From Candidatus Omnitrophota bacterium (GTDB lineage: Bacteria; Omnitrophota; Omnitrophia; Omnitrophales; Aquincolibacteriaceae): DNA of 64,000 nt. A program made the position numbers and the translations under genes. This document shows positions 31,495 through 41,908 of the stretch, piece after piece. The DNA lies in contig JAHFHF010000002.1 in NCBI GenBank assembly GCA_023247055.1, positions 16,710 to 80,709 on the forward strand, written 5' to 3'. The notes under the pieces were generated by a model. That model saw nothing but the letters and a program-made list of their open reading frames with translations. It was not told the DNA's origin and made no database searches. The number at the start of each line of letters is the position of its first letter. Positions within the stretch are counted from its first letter, which is position 1.

Positions 31495-31576
31495 TGTCAT
31501 CCTGAACGCAGTGAAGGATCTCAAAGCCCTGAGATTCTTCGCCCGCCGCTTAAACTTCGGCGGGCTCAGAATGGCA
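31495..31576. repeat. TGTCATCC..GAAGGATCTC..GAGATTCTTC..CAGAATG palindromic element
   Basis: Inverted homologue of 61838-61917, including the cccgccg..cggcggg hairpin. Confidence 0.85.
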
Positions 31577-31592
31577 GCGTTAAATTGGCTTA

Positions 31593-32792
31593 TTAACGTT
31601 GCGCCGAAGCGGGGTGGGGGTTATGTTTGTTAAGCCAGCCAGCCAGGCGCAGGACGGCTTTCTCCAGATTCTTTTCGGAGGTAGCAAAACTCATGCGGAT
31701 GTGGCGGTCGCTTCCAAAAGGCAGGCCCGGAACGACAGCCAGCGCAATTTCTTCCAGCAGGGCTTCGGAAAGTTTCAGCGAGCCCATACCCGTTTCCGCA
31801 ATATCGACAAAAAGATAAAAGGCGCCTTCCGGACGAAAAGGTTTGAGTTTCGGCAGACGGCTGATCTGTTCATAAAACCAGGTGCGCCTTTTTTCAAAAA
31901 CTTCGCACATGGCTTTGGCATCGGCCGCGCCTTGTTCCAGCGCCGCCAATCCGCCTGATTGAGCAAAGGACGTCGGATTAGACGTCGAATGGCTTTGAAA
32001 ACCGGCTACGGCTTTTGCGGCGTCCTTCATCGGAAAAGCCGCATAGCCCAAACGCCAGCCGGTCATCGCGTAGGATTTGCTCATGCCGTTGACCAGAATA
32101 GTACGGGCTCCCACTTCGGGATCAAGCTGGGCGATCGAGTAATGTTTACGGCCGTCATAAACCAGCGTTTCGTAAATTTCATCGCTTACAACCGTTACAT
32201 GCGGATGTTTTTTTAAAACCGCCACAAGCGCCTGCAATTCTTCTTTGGAGTAAACCGCACCCGTGGGATTGGACGGGGAATTAATGACAAAGATTTTTGT
32301 TTTAGGCGTAATGGCTTTTTCAAGCGCGGCCGGCAAAACTTTAAAGCCGCTGGCCTGTGCCGTTTCAATAAAAACGGATTTTGCGCCAAACATCTGCGCC
32401 ATTTCAGGGTAACTCAGCCAAAAAGGCGAAGGAATAATGACTTCATCGCCTTCATTTAAAAGCGCGAAAAAAATATTAAACAGGGAATGCTTGGCGCCGC
32501 AGCTCACCACGATTTGATCCGGCGCAAATTTCAGGCCCTGATCGCGCTCCAGTTTGGCGCAAACGGCTTTACGCAGTTCAACCGTACCTGCGGCCGCCGT
32601 GTAGCGCGTAAACCCGCTCTGCATGGCCTTGATCGCGGCTTGCTGGATGAACGCCGGCGTGTCGAAGTCAGGCTCGCCTGCGCTGAGGGAGATGATATCT
32701 TTGCCTTGAGCTTTGAGTTCTTTGGCCTTGGCTTCAATACCCAGCGTCACGGAGGGGGTGATCGATTGGACGCGTTTGGAAAGATTACTCAT
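31593..32792 (-). CDS. aspC: PLP-dependent aspartate aminotransferase (class I)
   Basis: GEPDF.TP, NSPSNPTG, SDEIY, SKSYAMTGWRLG; start placed at ATG 32792. Confidence 0.9.
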   Translation of the reverse strand: MSNLSKRVQSITPSVTLGIEAKAKELKAQGKDIISLSAGEPDFDTPAFIQQAAIKAMQSGFTRYTAAAGTVELRKAVCAKLERDQGLKFAPDQIVVSCGAKHSLFNIFFALLNEGDEVIIPSPFWLSYPEMAQMFGAKSVFIETAQASGFKVLPAALEKAITPKTKIFVINSPSNPTGAVYSKEELQALVAVLKKHPHVTVVSDEIYETLVYDGRKHYSIAQLDPEVGARTILVNGMSKSYAMTGWRLGYAAFPMKDAAKAVAGFQSHSTSNPTSFAQSGGLAALEQGAADAKAMCEVFEKRRTWFYEQISRLPKLKPFRPEGAFYLFVDIAETGMGSLKLSEALLEEIALAVVPGLPFGSDRHIRMSFATSEKNLEKAVLRLAGWLNKHNPHPASAQR

Positions 32793-32833
32793 AGGTTTAA
32801 GAAACACGGGTTTGAAGCGGAGCCTGGGAAAAT

Positions 32834-32865
32834 AGGGACAGGTCGAAAAGCATGGACCTGTCCCT
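32834..32865. repeat. Perfect 11-bp hairpin downstream of rplQ (REP-like or terminator)
   Basis: agggacaggtc-10 nt-gacctgtccct. Confidence 0.55.
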
Positions 32866-32886
32866 TCAATCATCAGCCAACTTAAA

Positions 32887-33462
32887 TTATTCGTCGCCTT
32901 TAAGAAATTTACGGAGAGAACCCAGAAACCCGCCTTTTTTCTCGGATTCTTTTTTCTCGTCCGCGGCTTCAGGCGATTTCTCAGCGGGCTTGGCCTTTGA
33001 AGCCTTGTCCGATTTTTTCGTTTCAGGCTTTTCCACGGCGCTTTCGGCTTTAGCGGCCTTGCCGGGTTTTTCAGCCTTGGCTTTCTTGGCCTTTTTCGGA
33101 GCTTCGATGACGGCCGTAAATTCCAAAAGCGCCATATCGCTGTTGTCACCGGGACGGGGCATCAGCCGGAGCACGCGCGTGTAGCCGCCCTGGCGTTCCT
33201 TGAAATGAGGCGCAATTTGTTTGACCAGCTGGCCGGCAGCATCCGGACATCCAAGTTCCGAAATCAAGAGGCGCTGAGAATGGAGCGTCCCCTGCTTGGC
33301 CAGAGTCACCATCTTGTCGGCAAACGCACTGGCTTCCTTGGCCCGGGCAAGCGTGGTACGGATGCGTTTACGCTCAACCAGACTTTTGACCAGATTGCGC
33401 AAGAGGGCGCGCCGGTGCTGTGTCCTGACTCCTAATTTACGTCTTAACCTTTGATGCCGCAT
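32887..33462 (-). CDS. rplQ: 50S ribosomal protein L17 with charged C-terminal extension
   Basis: MRHQ..RRKLG, I.TT..RAKE, R.GGYTR. Confidence 0.97.
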   Translation of the reverse strand: MRHQRLRRKLGVRTQHRRALLRNLVKSLVERKRIRTTLARAKEASAFADKMVTLAKQGTLHSQRLLISELGCPDAAGQLVKQIAPHFKERQGGYTRVLRLMPRPGDNSDMALLEFTAVIEAPKKAKKAKAEKPGKAAKAESAVEKPETKKSDKASKAKPAEKSPEAADEKKESEKKGGFLGSLRKFLKGDE

Positions 33463-33474
33463 AAAAAAATCCTT

Positions 33475-34488
33475 TTAAGCCTGAGCAACCGCTTTGCTGG
33501 CAGCTCCCGGCTTTCCTTTCAAACGCTCTTCGGTATTCATGCCTAACGTCAGGCCCATGGGCGTCAAAATGCTCATGATTTCCGAAAGTGATTTTTTGCC
33601 AAAATTTTTGTATTTCAGCATTTCCGCTTCACTCTTCTGCACAAGATCGCCGATCGTTTTGATCTGAGCCGCTTCCAGGCAGTTCGCGCTGCGGACCGAG
33701 AGTTCAAGTTCGCTGATGGGCTTGTTGATGATCTCGCGGAATGATTCGTCCTCTTCCTCTTCTTCTTCCTCTTCTTCTTCAGGCAGTTCGCCGTAGTTGA
33801 CGAAGATATCGAGGTGGCGCTGGAGAATATTGGAGGCATAAAGCAGCGCCTCTTCAGGGCCCATAGCACCATTGGTTGTGATTTCCAGAATCAACCGGTC
33901 ATAATCGGTAATCTGACCGACGCGGGTTTCTTCGACCGTGTAGTTGACTTTCACCACGGGCGAGAACAGAGAGTCCACCGGCACAAGACCGATCGGCGCC
34001 CCTTCTTTTTTATTTTTCTCGGCCGAAACATACCCGCGGCCGCGGCTGACTTCCATTTCAAGCCGGAATGGCACGTTTTTGGTTAATGTACAGATGTGCA
34101 TATCCGGATTGACGATTTCAATCGTCTCATCGGCCTGGATATCACGCGCCGTGATCGGACCCTGGTTTTTGACATTGATAAACACCTGCTTGCTGCCTTT
34201 GCCGTGATAGCGGAAAGCCAGTTTCTTGATATTGAGCACAATCTGGGCGCCGTCTTCAAGTACGCCATCGAGCGATGAAAACTCATGCAGCATCCCGTCA
34301 ATCTTGATGCTCGTCACTGCAGCGCCGTCAATAGACGAAATCAGAACGCGGCGCAGCGAGTTGCCGATGGTCGTGCCGTAGCCGCGTTCAAAAGGCTCCG
34401 CCACAAACTTGCCATAAGTTTTTGTCAAACTGGCCTTGTCGACCTCAAGCCGCTTCGGCATTTCAAACGTTTTCCAGCGAATTCCCAT
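33475..34488 (-). CDS. rpoA: RNA polymerase alpha subunit
   Basis: EPFERGYGTTIGNSLRR, LELSVRS.NCL, NFGKKSL. Confidence 0.98.
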   Translation of the reverse strand: MGIRWKTFEMPKRLEVDKASLTKTYGKFVAEPFERGYGTTIGNSLRRVLISSIDGAAVTSIKIDGMLHEFSSLDGVLEDGAQIVLNIKKLAFRYHGKGSKQVFINVKNQGPITARDIQADETIEIVNPDMHICTLTKNVPFRLEMEVSRGRGYVSAEKNKKEGAPIGLVPVDSLFSPVVKVNYTVEETRVGQITDYDRLILEITTNGAMGPEEALLYASNILQRHLDIFVNYGELPEEEEEEEEEEDESFREIINKPISELELSVRSANCLEAAQIKTIGDLVQKSEAEMLKYKNFGKKSLSEIMSILTPMGLTLGMNTEERLKGKPGAASKAVAQA

Positions 34489-34560
34489 TTTATTCTCCTC
34501 CTAAGTGACGATTAATCTTCATGCGGGGCTGCCGCCTAAAAAAACGCCGTTAAAATTACG

Positions 34561-35187
34561 TTATTTGGAATACAACTCAACGATCAACGATTCCTCAACC
34601 GGCAGCTGGGCATCCGCTTTTGTCGGAAGCCGGAGCACTTTCGCTTCCAGCGAATTCCGGTCGAGCGACAGCCAGTCAGAAACCTGCAGGTCATCGACCA
34701 GCTGCAAATGCGCTTTGACGCGGTTGATGGTTTTCTCTTTATTGCGCGGCGTGATGACATCCCCTTCGCGCACAATGTAAGACGGAATATTGACCGGCCG
34801 GCCGTTCACAAAAATAAGGCCGTGGCTGACCATCTGACGTGCTTCGCGGCGAGTTGAAGCAAACAGAAGCCGGTAGACCACGTTGTCGAGACGGCTTTCC
34901 AGAAGCTGGATGAGCGTCTCGCCCGTCACACCCTTTTTGCTTGCGGCGCGATGGAAGAAAACCCGGAATTGGCGCTCGAGCATGCCGTAGATCCTCTTCA
35001 GCTTCTGCTTTTCCCGCATCTGTACACCGTAGTCGGACATTTTCTTGACGCGCATCTTGCCGTGCTGACCGGGAGGCTGCGCAAGGCGTTTGGCCACCTT
35101 GTCATCATTGCGGCGGCTGCCTTTCAGCAGCAAGTTGACGCCTTCGCGGCGCGAAAGACGTACAGCGGGACCGGTGTATCTTCCCAT
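34561..35187 (-). CDS. rpsD: 30S ribosomal protein S4
   Basis: MGRYTGP, PGQHG, LESRLDNVVYR. Confidence 0.97.
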   Translation of the reverse strand: MGRYTGPAVRLSRREGVNLLLKGSRRNDDKVAKRLAQPPGQHGKMRVKKMSDYGVQMREKQKLKRIYGMLERQFRVFFHRAASKKGVTGETLIQLLESRLDNVVYRLLFASTRREARQMVSHGLIFVNGRPVNIPSYIVREGDVITPRNKEKTINRVKAHLQLVDDLQVSDWLSLDRNSLEAKVLRLPTKADAQLPVEESLIVELYSK

Positions 35188-35191
35188 AAAA

Positions 35192-35563
35192 TTAAACTCT
35201 CCTTTTCTTCGGCGGCCTGCAGCCGTTATGCGGCACAGGGGTAATATCAAAAATGGTGCTGATCGCAAGACCCGCGGCCTGAAGGGCGCGAATGGCGGAC
35301 TCGCGGCCGGATCCGGGACCCTTCACATGCACCACGACATCTTTCATTCCAAACTCAAGGGCTTTACGGGCGGCTTGCTCTGAAGCAACCTGCGCGGCAA
35401 AAGGCGTTGATTTCTTGGAACCTTTAAACCCTGCGGCGCCTGAAGAAGCCCAGCAAAGCGTATTGCCCTGCATGTCGGTCACGGTGATGATCGTATTATT
35501 AAAAGTGGCGACGATATGGACGATACCGCGCGCAACATGCTTTTGTTTTTTCTTCTTGCTCAT
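35192..35563 (-). CDS. rpsK: 30S ribosomal protein S11
   Basis: [22 protein letters not shown]. Confidence 0.98.
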   Translation of the reverse strand: MSKKKKQKHVARGIVHIVATFNNTIITVTDMQGNTLCWASSGAAGFKGSKKSTPFAAQVASEQAARKALEFGMKDVVVHVKGPGSGRESAIRALQAAGLAISTIFDITPVPHNGCRPPKKRRV

Positions 35564-35613
35564 GAAATTCTCCCGTTAAACTGACTTTGAATGACGCCCC
35601 AAAACAACCCGCG

Positions 35614-36000
35614 TTACTTAGGTGAGGGCGGTTTTCTGTTCACTCCGCCGACCACTTTGCGGGGCCCCTTACGGGTACGCGCATTGGTGTGAGAACGCTG
35701 CCCGCGGACCGGAAGGCCGCGTAAGTGACGGGTGCCCCGGTACGAGCGAATATCGATCAAACGGCGGATATTCTGCTGGATTTCCCGGCGCAGGTCCCCT
35801 TCGACTTTAGCGGTCTTCTGAATCACAGTTGTAATCGCAGAAATTTCTTTTTCTGTAAGATCCTTAGCGCGCTTAAGAGGCTCCACCTGGGCTTCCGTAA
35901 GAATCCGGCGTGAAAGCGTCCGCCCAATCCCATAGATATAAGTCAGGGCAATCTCTGTCACTTTATCGCGCGGAACGTCAACTCCCAAAATACGAGGCAT
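35614..36000 (-). CDS. rpsM: 30S ribosomal protein S13
   Basis: [24 protein letters not shown]. Confidence 0.98.
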   Translation of the reverse strand: MPRILGVDVPRDKVTEIALTYIYGIGRTLSRRILTEAQVEPLKRAKDLTEKEISAITTVIQKTAKVEGDLRREIQQNIRRLIDIRSYRGTRHLRGLPVRGQRSHTNARTRKGPRKVVGGVNRKPPSPK

Positions 36001-36036
36001 GTTTAACCCTTTCTCTTACTGCGCAAAACGCGGGGA

Positions 36037-36153
36037 TCAACCCTGGCGCTGTTTGTGTTTTGGATTCGTCTTGCAAATAATATAGATGACGCGCTTGCGC
36101 CGTATAATTTTGCAGTGCTCACAAATTCTTTTGACTGAACTTCTGACTTTCAT
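36037..36153 (-). CDS. rpmJ: 50S ribosomal protein L36 (38 aa)
   Basis: Manual translation [38 protein letters not shown]. Confidence 0.96.
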   Translation of the reverse strand: MKVRSSVKRICEHCKIIRRKRVIYIICKTNPKHKQRQG

Positions 36154-36168
36154 AAATTGATTCCTGTT

Positions 36169-36276
36169 TGTCATTCCCGCATGCTTTTGGCGGGAATCTG
36201 CGTTTTTTGTTGTTTCTAAATTTCTTTGTCAAAAACTTAACTTGCCCGATCCTCGACTAAAGCATTCGAGGATGAC
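36169..36276 (+). repeat. GTCATTCCCGC element without any 58-bp module
   Basis: Colinear with 21173-21280, including the degenerate spacer. Confidence 0.88.
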
Positions 36277-36298
36277 CAGACACATCAGCGTCGTCTGG

Positions 36299-36517
36299 TC
36301 ATTTCACGCGGAAGGTAATCCGTCCCCGCGTCAAATCATAAGGCGAAAGTTCAACTTTCACCCGGTCGCCGGCCAGGATGCGAATATAATTCATACGCAT
36401 CTTTCCGGAAACGTGCGCTAAAACTTTGTGGCCGTTATCCAGCCCCACGCGGAACATGGCGTTCGGAAGCGGTTCAATCACCGTTCCCTCAACTTCAATC
36501 GCATCTTCCTTAGGCAT
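36299..36517 (-). CDS. infA: Translation initiation factor IF-1
   Basis: [23 protein letters not shown]. Confidence 0.98.
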   Translation of the reverse strand: MPKEDAIEVEGTVIEPLPNAMFRVGLDNGHKVLAHVSGKMRMNYIRILAGDRVKVELSPYDLTRGRITFRVK

Positions 36518-36520
36518 GGT

Positions 36521-37273
36521 CTAAATACTTTCTCCGGTTAAATTCATATAGCCATCCTCGGTAAAAGCGATGGTGTCTTCATAATGACTTGCCCATTTGC
36601 GGTCCCGCGTCACCACGGTCCAGCCGTCTTCCAACGTTTCAACGCCGTAGTGGCCTTCAGTCACCATCGGCTCAATGGCCAGCACCAAACCGGGTTGTAT
36701 TTTAAGGCCTTGTCCCGCTTTTCCATAATTAGGCACTGCCGGTTCTTCATGAATCGCGCGGCCGATGCCATGCCCCACATAATCACGCACGACCTGAAAG
36801 CCCTGACCCTCAATGTACTGCTGGATTTTCTCGGATAAATCACCGATGCGGCATCCGGGCTTATAAGCGCTCAAGCCTTCCAACAGCGATCCGCGGGCCG
36901 CGGCAGCCAGCCGCGCAATTTTATCGCTGACTTTGCCGACCACCCAGGTCCGCGCAGAGTCGGCATAATACCCGTTCACCTTAGCGCCGATGTCAAAACT
37001 GACCACATCGCCGGCCTTCAGTTTTCTCGGCCCCGGAATCCCGTGGACCACTTCTTCGTTTACGGAAATGCAGGCCGTTTTTGGAAAACCCCGGTAGCCT
37101 TTAAAAGCCGGCTCGCCTTTGGCCTTGCGAATGGTTTCTTCCGCAATAGCGTCCAAGTCATTGGTCGTTACACCCGCCTGAACAGCCGGTTCGACTTGTT
37201 TAAAAACCAGCTTCAAAATTTCGCCGGCTTGCCGCATGATTTCAATTTCGCGTTTTGATTTCAGCGAAATCAT
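36521..37273 (-). CDS. map: Methionine aminopeptidase
   Basis: SVNEEVVHGIP, DSART, GHGIG..HEEP, AIEPM, HYE.T. Confidence 0.97.
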   Translation of the reverse strand: MISLKSKREIEIMRQAGEILKLVFKQVEPAVQAGVTTNDLDAIAEETIRKAKGEPAFKGYRGFPKTACISVNEEVVHGIPGPRKLKAGDVVSFDIGAKVNGYYADSARTWVVGKVSDKIARLAAAARGSLLEGLSAYKPGCRIGDLSEKIQQYIEGQGFQVVRDYVGHGIGRAIHEEPAVPNYGKAGQGLKIQPGLVLAIEPMVTEGHYGVETLEDGWTVVTRDRKWASHYEDTIAFTEDGYMNLTGESI

Positions 37274-37938
37274 ACGGTCAGTTTTAGCTTCTCAAAGAGC
37301 GTTTGGATTTCGTCCTGAAATTCATTGACGTCATAGTCGCCATGAAGGTCGTACAGGATGTTCTTGCGCCGGTAATAGCCGATCAAAGGCGCGGTTTCTT
37401 TTTGATACGTTTCAAGCCGGTGCCGGATCGTTTCAGGTTGATCGTCCTTGCGCTGCGTCAACGGCTGGCCGCACTTATCGCAAAGCCCCTCTTTTTTCGG
37501 ACGCAAAAGCGGGTTGCGAAGATGATAATTGGCGCCGCAGTTGGCGCAGACCCGGCGGCCTGAAAGCCGGGCAATAATCATGTCTTCCGAAGTATCAAAG
37601 TTCAAAACCGCATCTAGCGCCGAACGGTGTCCGGTCAAAAACTTATCAAGCGCCTCAGCCTGGCCAATCGTGCGCGGAAATCCGTCTAAGAGCACGCCTT
37701 TTTTCTGCAAAAAAGCCGCCTCAATCTCATGAAAAATAATCGAATTGACGAGATCATCGGAAACCAACTCGCCTTTTTCAATCACGTCTTTGGCTTTGCG
37801 GCCCAACTCCGTTTTATTACGGATATGCTGGCGCAAAATATCACCCGCGGCCAAAGGAACCAGCGAATACTTCTCACTCAAAATCGTCGCGTGCGTGCCC
37901 TTGCCTGCGCCGGGCGGTCCAATGAATACTACATTCAT
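37270..37938 (-). CDS. adk: Adenylate kinase (Zn LID)
   Basis: GPPGAGKGT, LDGFPRT, CANC...CDKC, R.DD. Confidence 0.97.
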   Translation of the reverse strand: MNVVFIGPPGAGKGTHATILSEKYSLVPLAAGDILRQHIRNKTELGRKAKDVIEKGELVSDDLVNSIIFHEIEAAFLQKKGVLLDGFPRTIGQAEALDKFLTGHRSALDAVLNFDTSEDMIIARLSGRRVCANCGANYHLRNPLLRPKKEGLCDKCGQPLTQRKDDQPETIRHRLETYQKETAPLIGYYRRKNILYDLHGDYDVNEFQDEIQTLFEKLKLTV

Positions 37939-39293
37939 CAGCGCCGGGCCTTCAGCTTTCCTTTTTTGACAAAACCTTCATAGTGGCGCATCAAAAGCTG
38001 AGACTCGATCTGTTTCATCGTGTCCAAAATCACACCAACGATAATGAGAAGTCCCGTGCCGCCAAAAAAGCTGGCGATCAAAAAAGGAATGTTCAAAAGT
38101 TTTGGCGACGAAATAATTTGCGGGAACAGCGCAATGATCGCCAAAAAAACAGCCCCGCTTGCCGCAATGCGGGTCATGACATAATCCAGATATTCCGCCG
38201 TATTTTTTCCCGGCCGGATGCCCGGAACAAACCCGCCGAACTTCTGCAGATTTTCACTGACCTCAATGGGATTAAACGTAATCGCCGTATAAAAGAATGT
38301 GAAAAATAAAATCAAAAGGGCGTATAAAATCGAGTGCGCCGCCTGTCCCGGCGCCAAAGAATGAGCGGCCTGCGTTAAAAAGCCGGCGCCCGGAAAAAAC
38401 CCGGCAATCGTCGCGGGAAAAAGAATCACGGACTGCGCAAAAATAATCGGAATCACGCCCGCCTGATTAACTTTAAGCGGCAAAAACGTATTTTGCCCGC
38501 CATACATGCGATGCCCGCGGATCTGCTTGGCATACTGCACGGCAATCTTGCGCTGCCCCTGAATAATGAGAATAACGCCGACAACGGTGCCTATGAACAA
38601 AGCAATCATCAGCGCAAACTTCCACCAGGCCAATTCCTGCCGGCTCGAATCAAACGGCGAAAGCAGCAAAAATGTCTGCCACAGAGCCGTTGGAACGGAT
38701 TCGATAATACCCGCCGTAATCACAATCGAAATACCGTTACCGATGCCGTACTGATCGATTTGTTCACCCAGCCACATGATAAAGGCGGTGCCCGTCGTGA
38801 GAGTCAGCATGGTCATGAGGCGGAAGCCCCAGCCCGGATTCGGCACGATCACCGTTCCCTGAAACGCATTTGGATTTTCCAGCCAAAGCGAAATGAAAAA
38901 CGTCTGGATCAATCCCAGAATGACCGTGCCGTAGCGCGTATACTGAATGATTTTTTTACGGCCTTCTTCACCTTCTTTGGCCATTTTCTCAAGCTGCGGA
39001 ATGACGACGGTCAACAGCTGTAAAATAATGGACGCCGAGACGTAGGGCATAATGCCCAGCGCAAAGATGGTCGCCTTCTGCAGGGCGCCGCCTGAAAACA
39101 TTCCCATAATGCCAAAGAGCGTTCCGCCCGGAGTGTGCGAAATGCTTTGAAAAAACCGCGCCAGCGCCGTGCCGTCAATACCGGGCGTTGGAACGTAAGC
39201 ACCAATCCGGTATACAATGATAATGGCGAGCGTAAAAAGCACTTTCGCGCGCAAGTCCGGAATCTTGAAAATATTCGTATATGCTTTTAACAT
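37938..39293 (-). CDS. secY: Preprotein translocase SecY
   Basis: FALGIMPY, WLGEQI, GIGNGIS, GVIPIIFA, PGIRPG, GGTGLLI. Confidence 0.98.
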   Translation of the reverse strand: MLKAYTNIFKIPDLRAKVLFTLAIIIVYRIGAYVPTPGIDGTALARFFQSISHTPGGTLFGIMGMFSGGALQKATIFALGIMPYVSASIILQLLTVVIPQLEKMAKEGEEGRKKIIQYTRYGTVILGLIQTFFISLWLENPNAFQGTVIVPNPGWGFRLMTMLTLTTGTAFIMWLGEQIDQYGIGNGISIVITAGIIESVPTALWQTFLLLSPFDSSRQELAWWKFALMIALFIGTVVGVILIIQGQRKIAVQYAKQIRGHRMYGGQNTFLPLKVNQAGVIPIIFAQSVILFPATIAGFFPGAGFLTQAAHSLAPGQAAHSILYALLILFFTFFYTAITFNPIEVSENLQKFGGFVPGIRPGKNTAEYLDYVMTRIAASGAVFLAIIALFPQIISSPKLLNIPFLIASFFGGTGLLIIVGVILDTMKQIESQLLMRHYEGFVKKGKLKARR

Positions 39294-39369
39294 TCCGCTG
39301 TCGTTGGGTCTTTAATGCGACGGAAAATGACCGCTGCCCATCTCATCCGGGCAGGGCGGCTAAGTCGGC

Positions 39370-39804
39370 TTAACCGATCAAAACAGCCTGGCCCTTGGCT
39401 TTTTCAATCTTGGCTTTAGCAGACTCGCTGAATTTATGCGCTTTAATCACAACCGGACGGCTCAAGCTGCCATTGCCGAGAACTTTAACGCCGGTCTTGG
39501 CGGTTTTAATCACGCCGCGTTCAACCAGCAATTCCGGCGAAACTTCAGCAACGCCAAGGGCTTCAATGCGGTCGAGATTGACTACGGCATAATCAGAAGC
39601 AAAAGCTGCGTTATTGAATCCGCGCTTGGGAAGCTTACGGTATAAAGGGTTCTGACCGCCTTCAAACCCCGGACGGATGCGGGCGCCAGAGCCAGAACGC
39701 GCCAGCTGACCTTTGTGCCCCTTCGTCGAAGTCTTGCCATGGCCTGAACCGATTCCGCGGCCAAGGCGTTTGCGGCGTTTTTCGTAAGGTTTTTTAGCTC
39801 TCAT
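39370..39804 (-). CDS. rplO: 50S ribosomal protein L15
   Basis: [23 protein letters not shown]. Confidence 0.97.
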   Translation of the reverse strand: MRAKKPYEKRRKRLGRGIGSGHGKTSTKGHKGQLARSGSGARIRPGFEGGQNPLYRKLPKRGFNNAAFASDYAVVNLDRIEALGVAEVSPELLVERGVIKTAKTGVKVLGNGSLSRPVVIKAHKFSESAKAKIEKAKGQAVLIG

Positions 39805-40364
39805 GACACCACAGCCTCTGCCTGCTCCTCGAACCGGATGCGTTTGTCGGAAAGCTGCTTCAAACCGTCAACCGTTGCTTTCAAAACATTAATGGCATTG
39901 TCACTGCCCAGGCTCTTAGTCAAAATGTCTTTAATCCCGCACGATTCACAAACCGCGCGCACGGCACCGCCGGCAATAACGCCCGTACCCGGCATCGCCG
40001 GCTTCAACATCACCTTCGCGGCTCCGTAGCGTCCCATGACTTCATGCGGAATTGTCGTCCCTTTTAAAATAATACGCACTTTGTTCTTACGCGCAGCGGC
40101 GAGTGATTTACGAATCGCATCCGAGACTTCCCCGGCCTTGCCGATCGCAAAACCAATTTCGCCCGTGCCATTTCCAATAATAACCAGCGCGCTAAAACTG
40201 AAACGTTTGCCGCCCTTGACCACTTTGGCGCAGCGGTTGATTTGAATCACTTTTTCAAAAGGAAAATCACTGGGCGCAGCGGCCTGCCCTTCGCGTTTGC
40301 GCGGCCCCGACCCTTGACTGCGGTCTGGCTGGCCTGTCTTTTTTTCCCGTTTTACTTCACTCAT
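39801..40364 (-). CDS. rpsE: 30S ribosomal protein S5
   Basis: [23 protein letters not shown]. Confidence 0.97.
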   Translation of the reverse strand: MSEVKREKKTGQPDRSQGSGPRKREGQAAAPSDFPFEKVIQINRCAKVVKGGKRFSFSALVIIGNGTGEIGFAIGKAGEVSDAIRKSLAAARKNKVRIILKGTTIPHEVMGRYGAAKVMLKPAMPGTGVIAGGAVRAVCESCGIKDILTKSLGSDNAINVLKATVDGLKQLSDKRIRFEEQAEAVVS

Positions 40365-40714
40365 ACCTGAACCCCCGCTTCTCTAAGTGCTTCGGCTACG
40401 GCTTTGACTCGGCCGTGGTAGAGATACCCGCCGCGGTCAAAGCAGACTTTCTGGATTCCTTTTTCAAGCAATTGTTTACCGAAAGAAAGGCCAAGTTGTT
40501 TGGCCGCATTGGTTTTGCCCTTGACGCCCTTTGAGACGCTTTCATCGCGGGTCGAAGCCGCCAGCAGCGTATGCTGACCAATGTCATCAATGGCCTGGAC
40601 ATAAATATTTTTCAGCGAACGGTGGACGCTCACGCGCGGACGCTCGGTCGTGCCTTCGACTTTCTTACGAAGTCTTTGATGTCTTTTAACGCGCCCTGCT
40701 TCTTTTTTACTCAT
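40361..40714 (-). CDS. rplR: 50S ribosomal protein L18
   Basis: [20 protein letters not shown]. Confidence 0.97.
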   Translation of the reverse strand: MSKKEAGRVKRHQRLRKKVEGTTERPRVSVHRSLKNIYVQAIDDIGQHTLLAASTRDESVSKGVKGKTNAAKQLGLSFGKQLLEKGIQKVCFDRGGYLYHGRVKAVAEALREAGVQV

Positions 40715-40716
40715 AA

Positions 40717-41253
40717 CTAACCTACCGTTTTTCCTTGCTTGCGGCGGATATGCTCGCCGACATAGTGAATACCCTTGCCTTTATAAGGTTCCGGCTTGTG
40801 GTAGCGGCGGATTTCCGCGGCCACTTGTCCAACTTGCTGTTTATCGTTGCCGCTGACTGCAATCTGTGTCGGCTTTGCGCAAACAATCGTAATGCCGTCA
40901 GGAATGGCATAGTCAATCGGATGCGTAAATCCAAGCACCAGGTTCAGGATTTTCCCTTTGACCTGGGCCTTGAAACCAACACCTTCCATTTCGAGTTCTT
41001 TCTTATAACCTTCCGTCACACCGACGATCATGTTCTGAATCAGGCTGCGGATCAAGCCGTGCAAAGCCCGGTCCATACGAATGTCGGTTGCACGCGAAAC
41101 TTCAACCTGGTCTTTGTTGACCGTAACCTTGATGCGCGGATGGATTTCCGTTTCAAGCTTGCCCTTGGGTCCCTGCACGCTAACGCGCGTTCCGCTCATC
41201 TGGACCTTGACGCCGCTTGGGATCACAACAGGTTTTTTCCCGATTCTTGACAT
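40717..41253 (-). CDS. rplF: 50S ribosomal protein L6
   Basis: MSRIGK, PEPYKGKG. Confidence 0.98.
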   Translation of the reverse strand: MSRIGKKPVVIPSGVKVQMSGTRVSVQGPKGKLETEIHPRIKVTVNKDQVEVSRATDIRMDRALHGLIRSLIQNMIVGVTEGYKKELEMEGVGFKAQVKGKILNLVLGFTHPIDYAIPDGITIVCAKPTQIAVSGNDKQQVGQVAAEIRRYHKPEPYKGKGIHYVGEHIRRKQGKTVG

Positions 41254-41269
41254 ATTCAGCCTTTCCGGA

Positions 41270-41668
41270 TTACCAGACCGTACAAAGAATTTCGCCGCCG
41301 ACCTTGTCCAGCCGGGCCTGCTTGTCCGTCATGACGCCTTTGGAAGTCGACAAAATCGCAATTCCAAGGCCTGCACGGACTTTTTTGATACTATCACTTG
41401 CCGTATAAACGCGGCAGCCGGGTTTGGAAATTTTACGGATACCTTGAATGGCGGGTTTTTTGTCGCGCATATACTTCAAGTGGATCCGCAGAAAACGCTT
41501 GGGGCCTTCAGAAAAAGTTTTGCAGCTTCCGATAAAGCCTTCTTTTTTGAGAATTTCCGCGATCTGCTCACACGCCTTGGAGGACTTCAGAGTCACCACA
41601 TCCTTGTGCGCCGTCACCGCATTGCGAATCACTGTTAAAAAATCTGCTACAAAATCAGAACACGCCAT
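41270..41668 (-). CDS. rpsH: 30S ribosomal protein S8
   Basis: D.LT.IRNA, SKPG.RVY, STSKG, GGE. Confidence 0.97.
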   Translation of the reverse strand: MACSDFVADFLTVIRNAVTAHKDVVTLKSSKACEQIAEILKKEGFIGSCKTFSEGPKRFLRIHLKYMRDKKPAIQGIRKISKPGCRVYTASDSIKKVRAGLGIAILSTSKGVMTDKQARLDKVGGEILCTVW

Positions 41669-41683
41669 AGATTTCTCTTTCCC

Positions 41684-41709
41684 GTAAGGGCGGGTTCCAA
41701 ACCCGCCTT
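41684..41709 (+). repeat. Single GTAG-like REP hairpin
   Basis: gtaa-gggcgggtt-cca-aacccgcc; similar to the 1211-1268 arms. Confidence 0.55.
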
Positions 41710-41722
41710 GAGTTATTTAGCT

Positions 41723-41908
41723 TTACCAACTCGATCGCGTGACGCCGGGAATGATTCCCTGGTTCGCCAATTCGCGGAAACAAATTCTGCACAGCCCGAA
41801 TTTACGGATAAAACCGCCGGAACGGCCGCACTGACGGCAGCGGTGGTAACGGCGCACTTCAAACTTGGGTTTTCTTTTCTGTTTTACAACAAGACACGTT
41901 TTTGCCAT
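41723..41908 (-). CDS. rpsN: 30S ribosomal protein S14, zinc-binding type Z
   Basis: 61 aa, CRQC...CRIC, IPGV..SSW. Confidence 0.97.
   Translation of the reverse strand: MAKTCLVVKQKRKPKFEVRRYHRCRQCGRSGGFIRKFGLCRICFRELANQGIIPGVTRSSW

Noticed and set aside
32793-33149. N-terminal extensions in the ORF track for aspC (also purN, rsmI, rpsD, rpsS, rplB, rplL, rplJ, rplA and the GGDEF protein)
   Set aside because: They overlap upstream genes or repeats and lack family similarity; downstream starts fit typical lengths.
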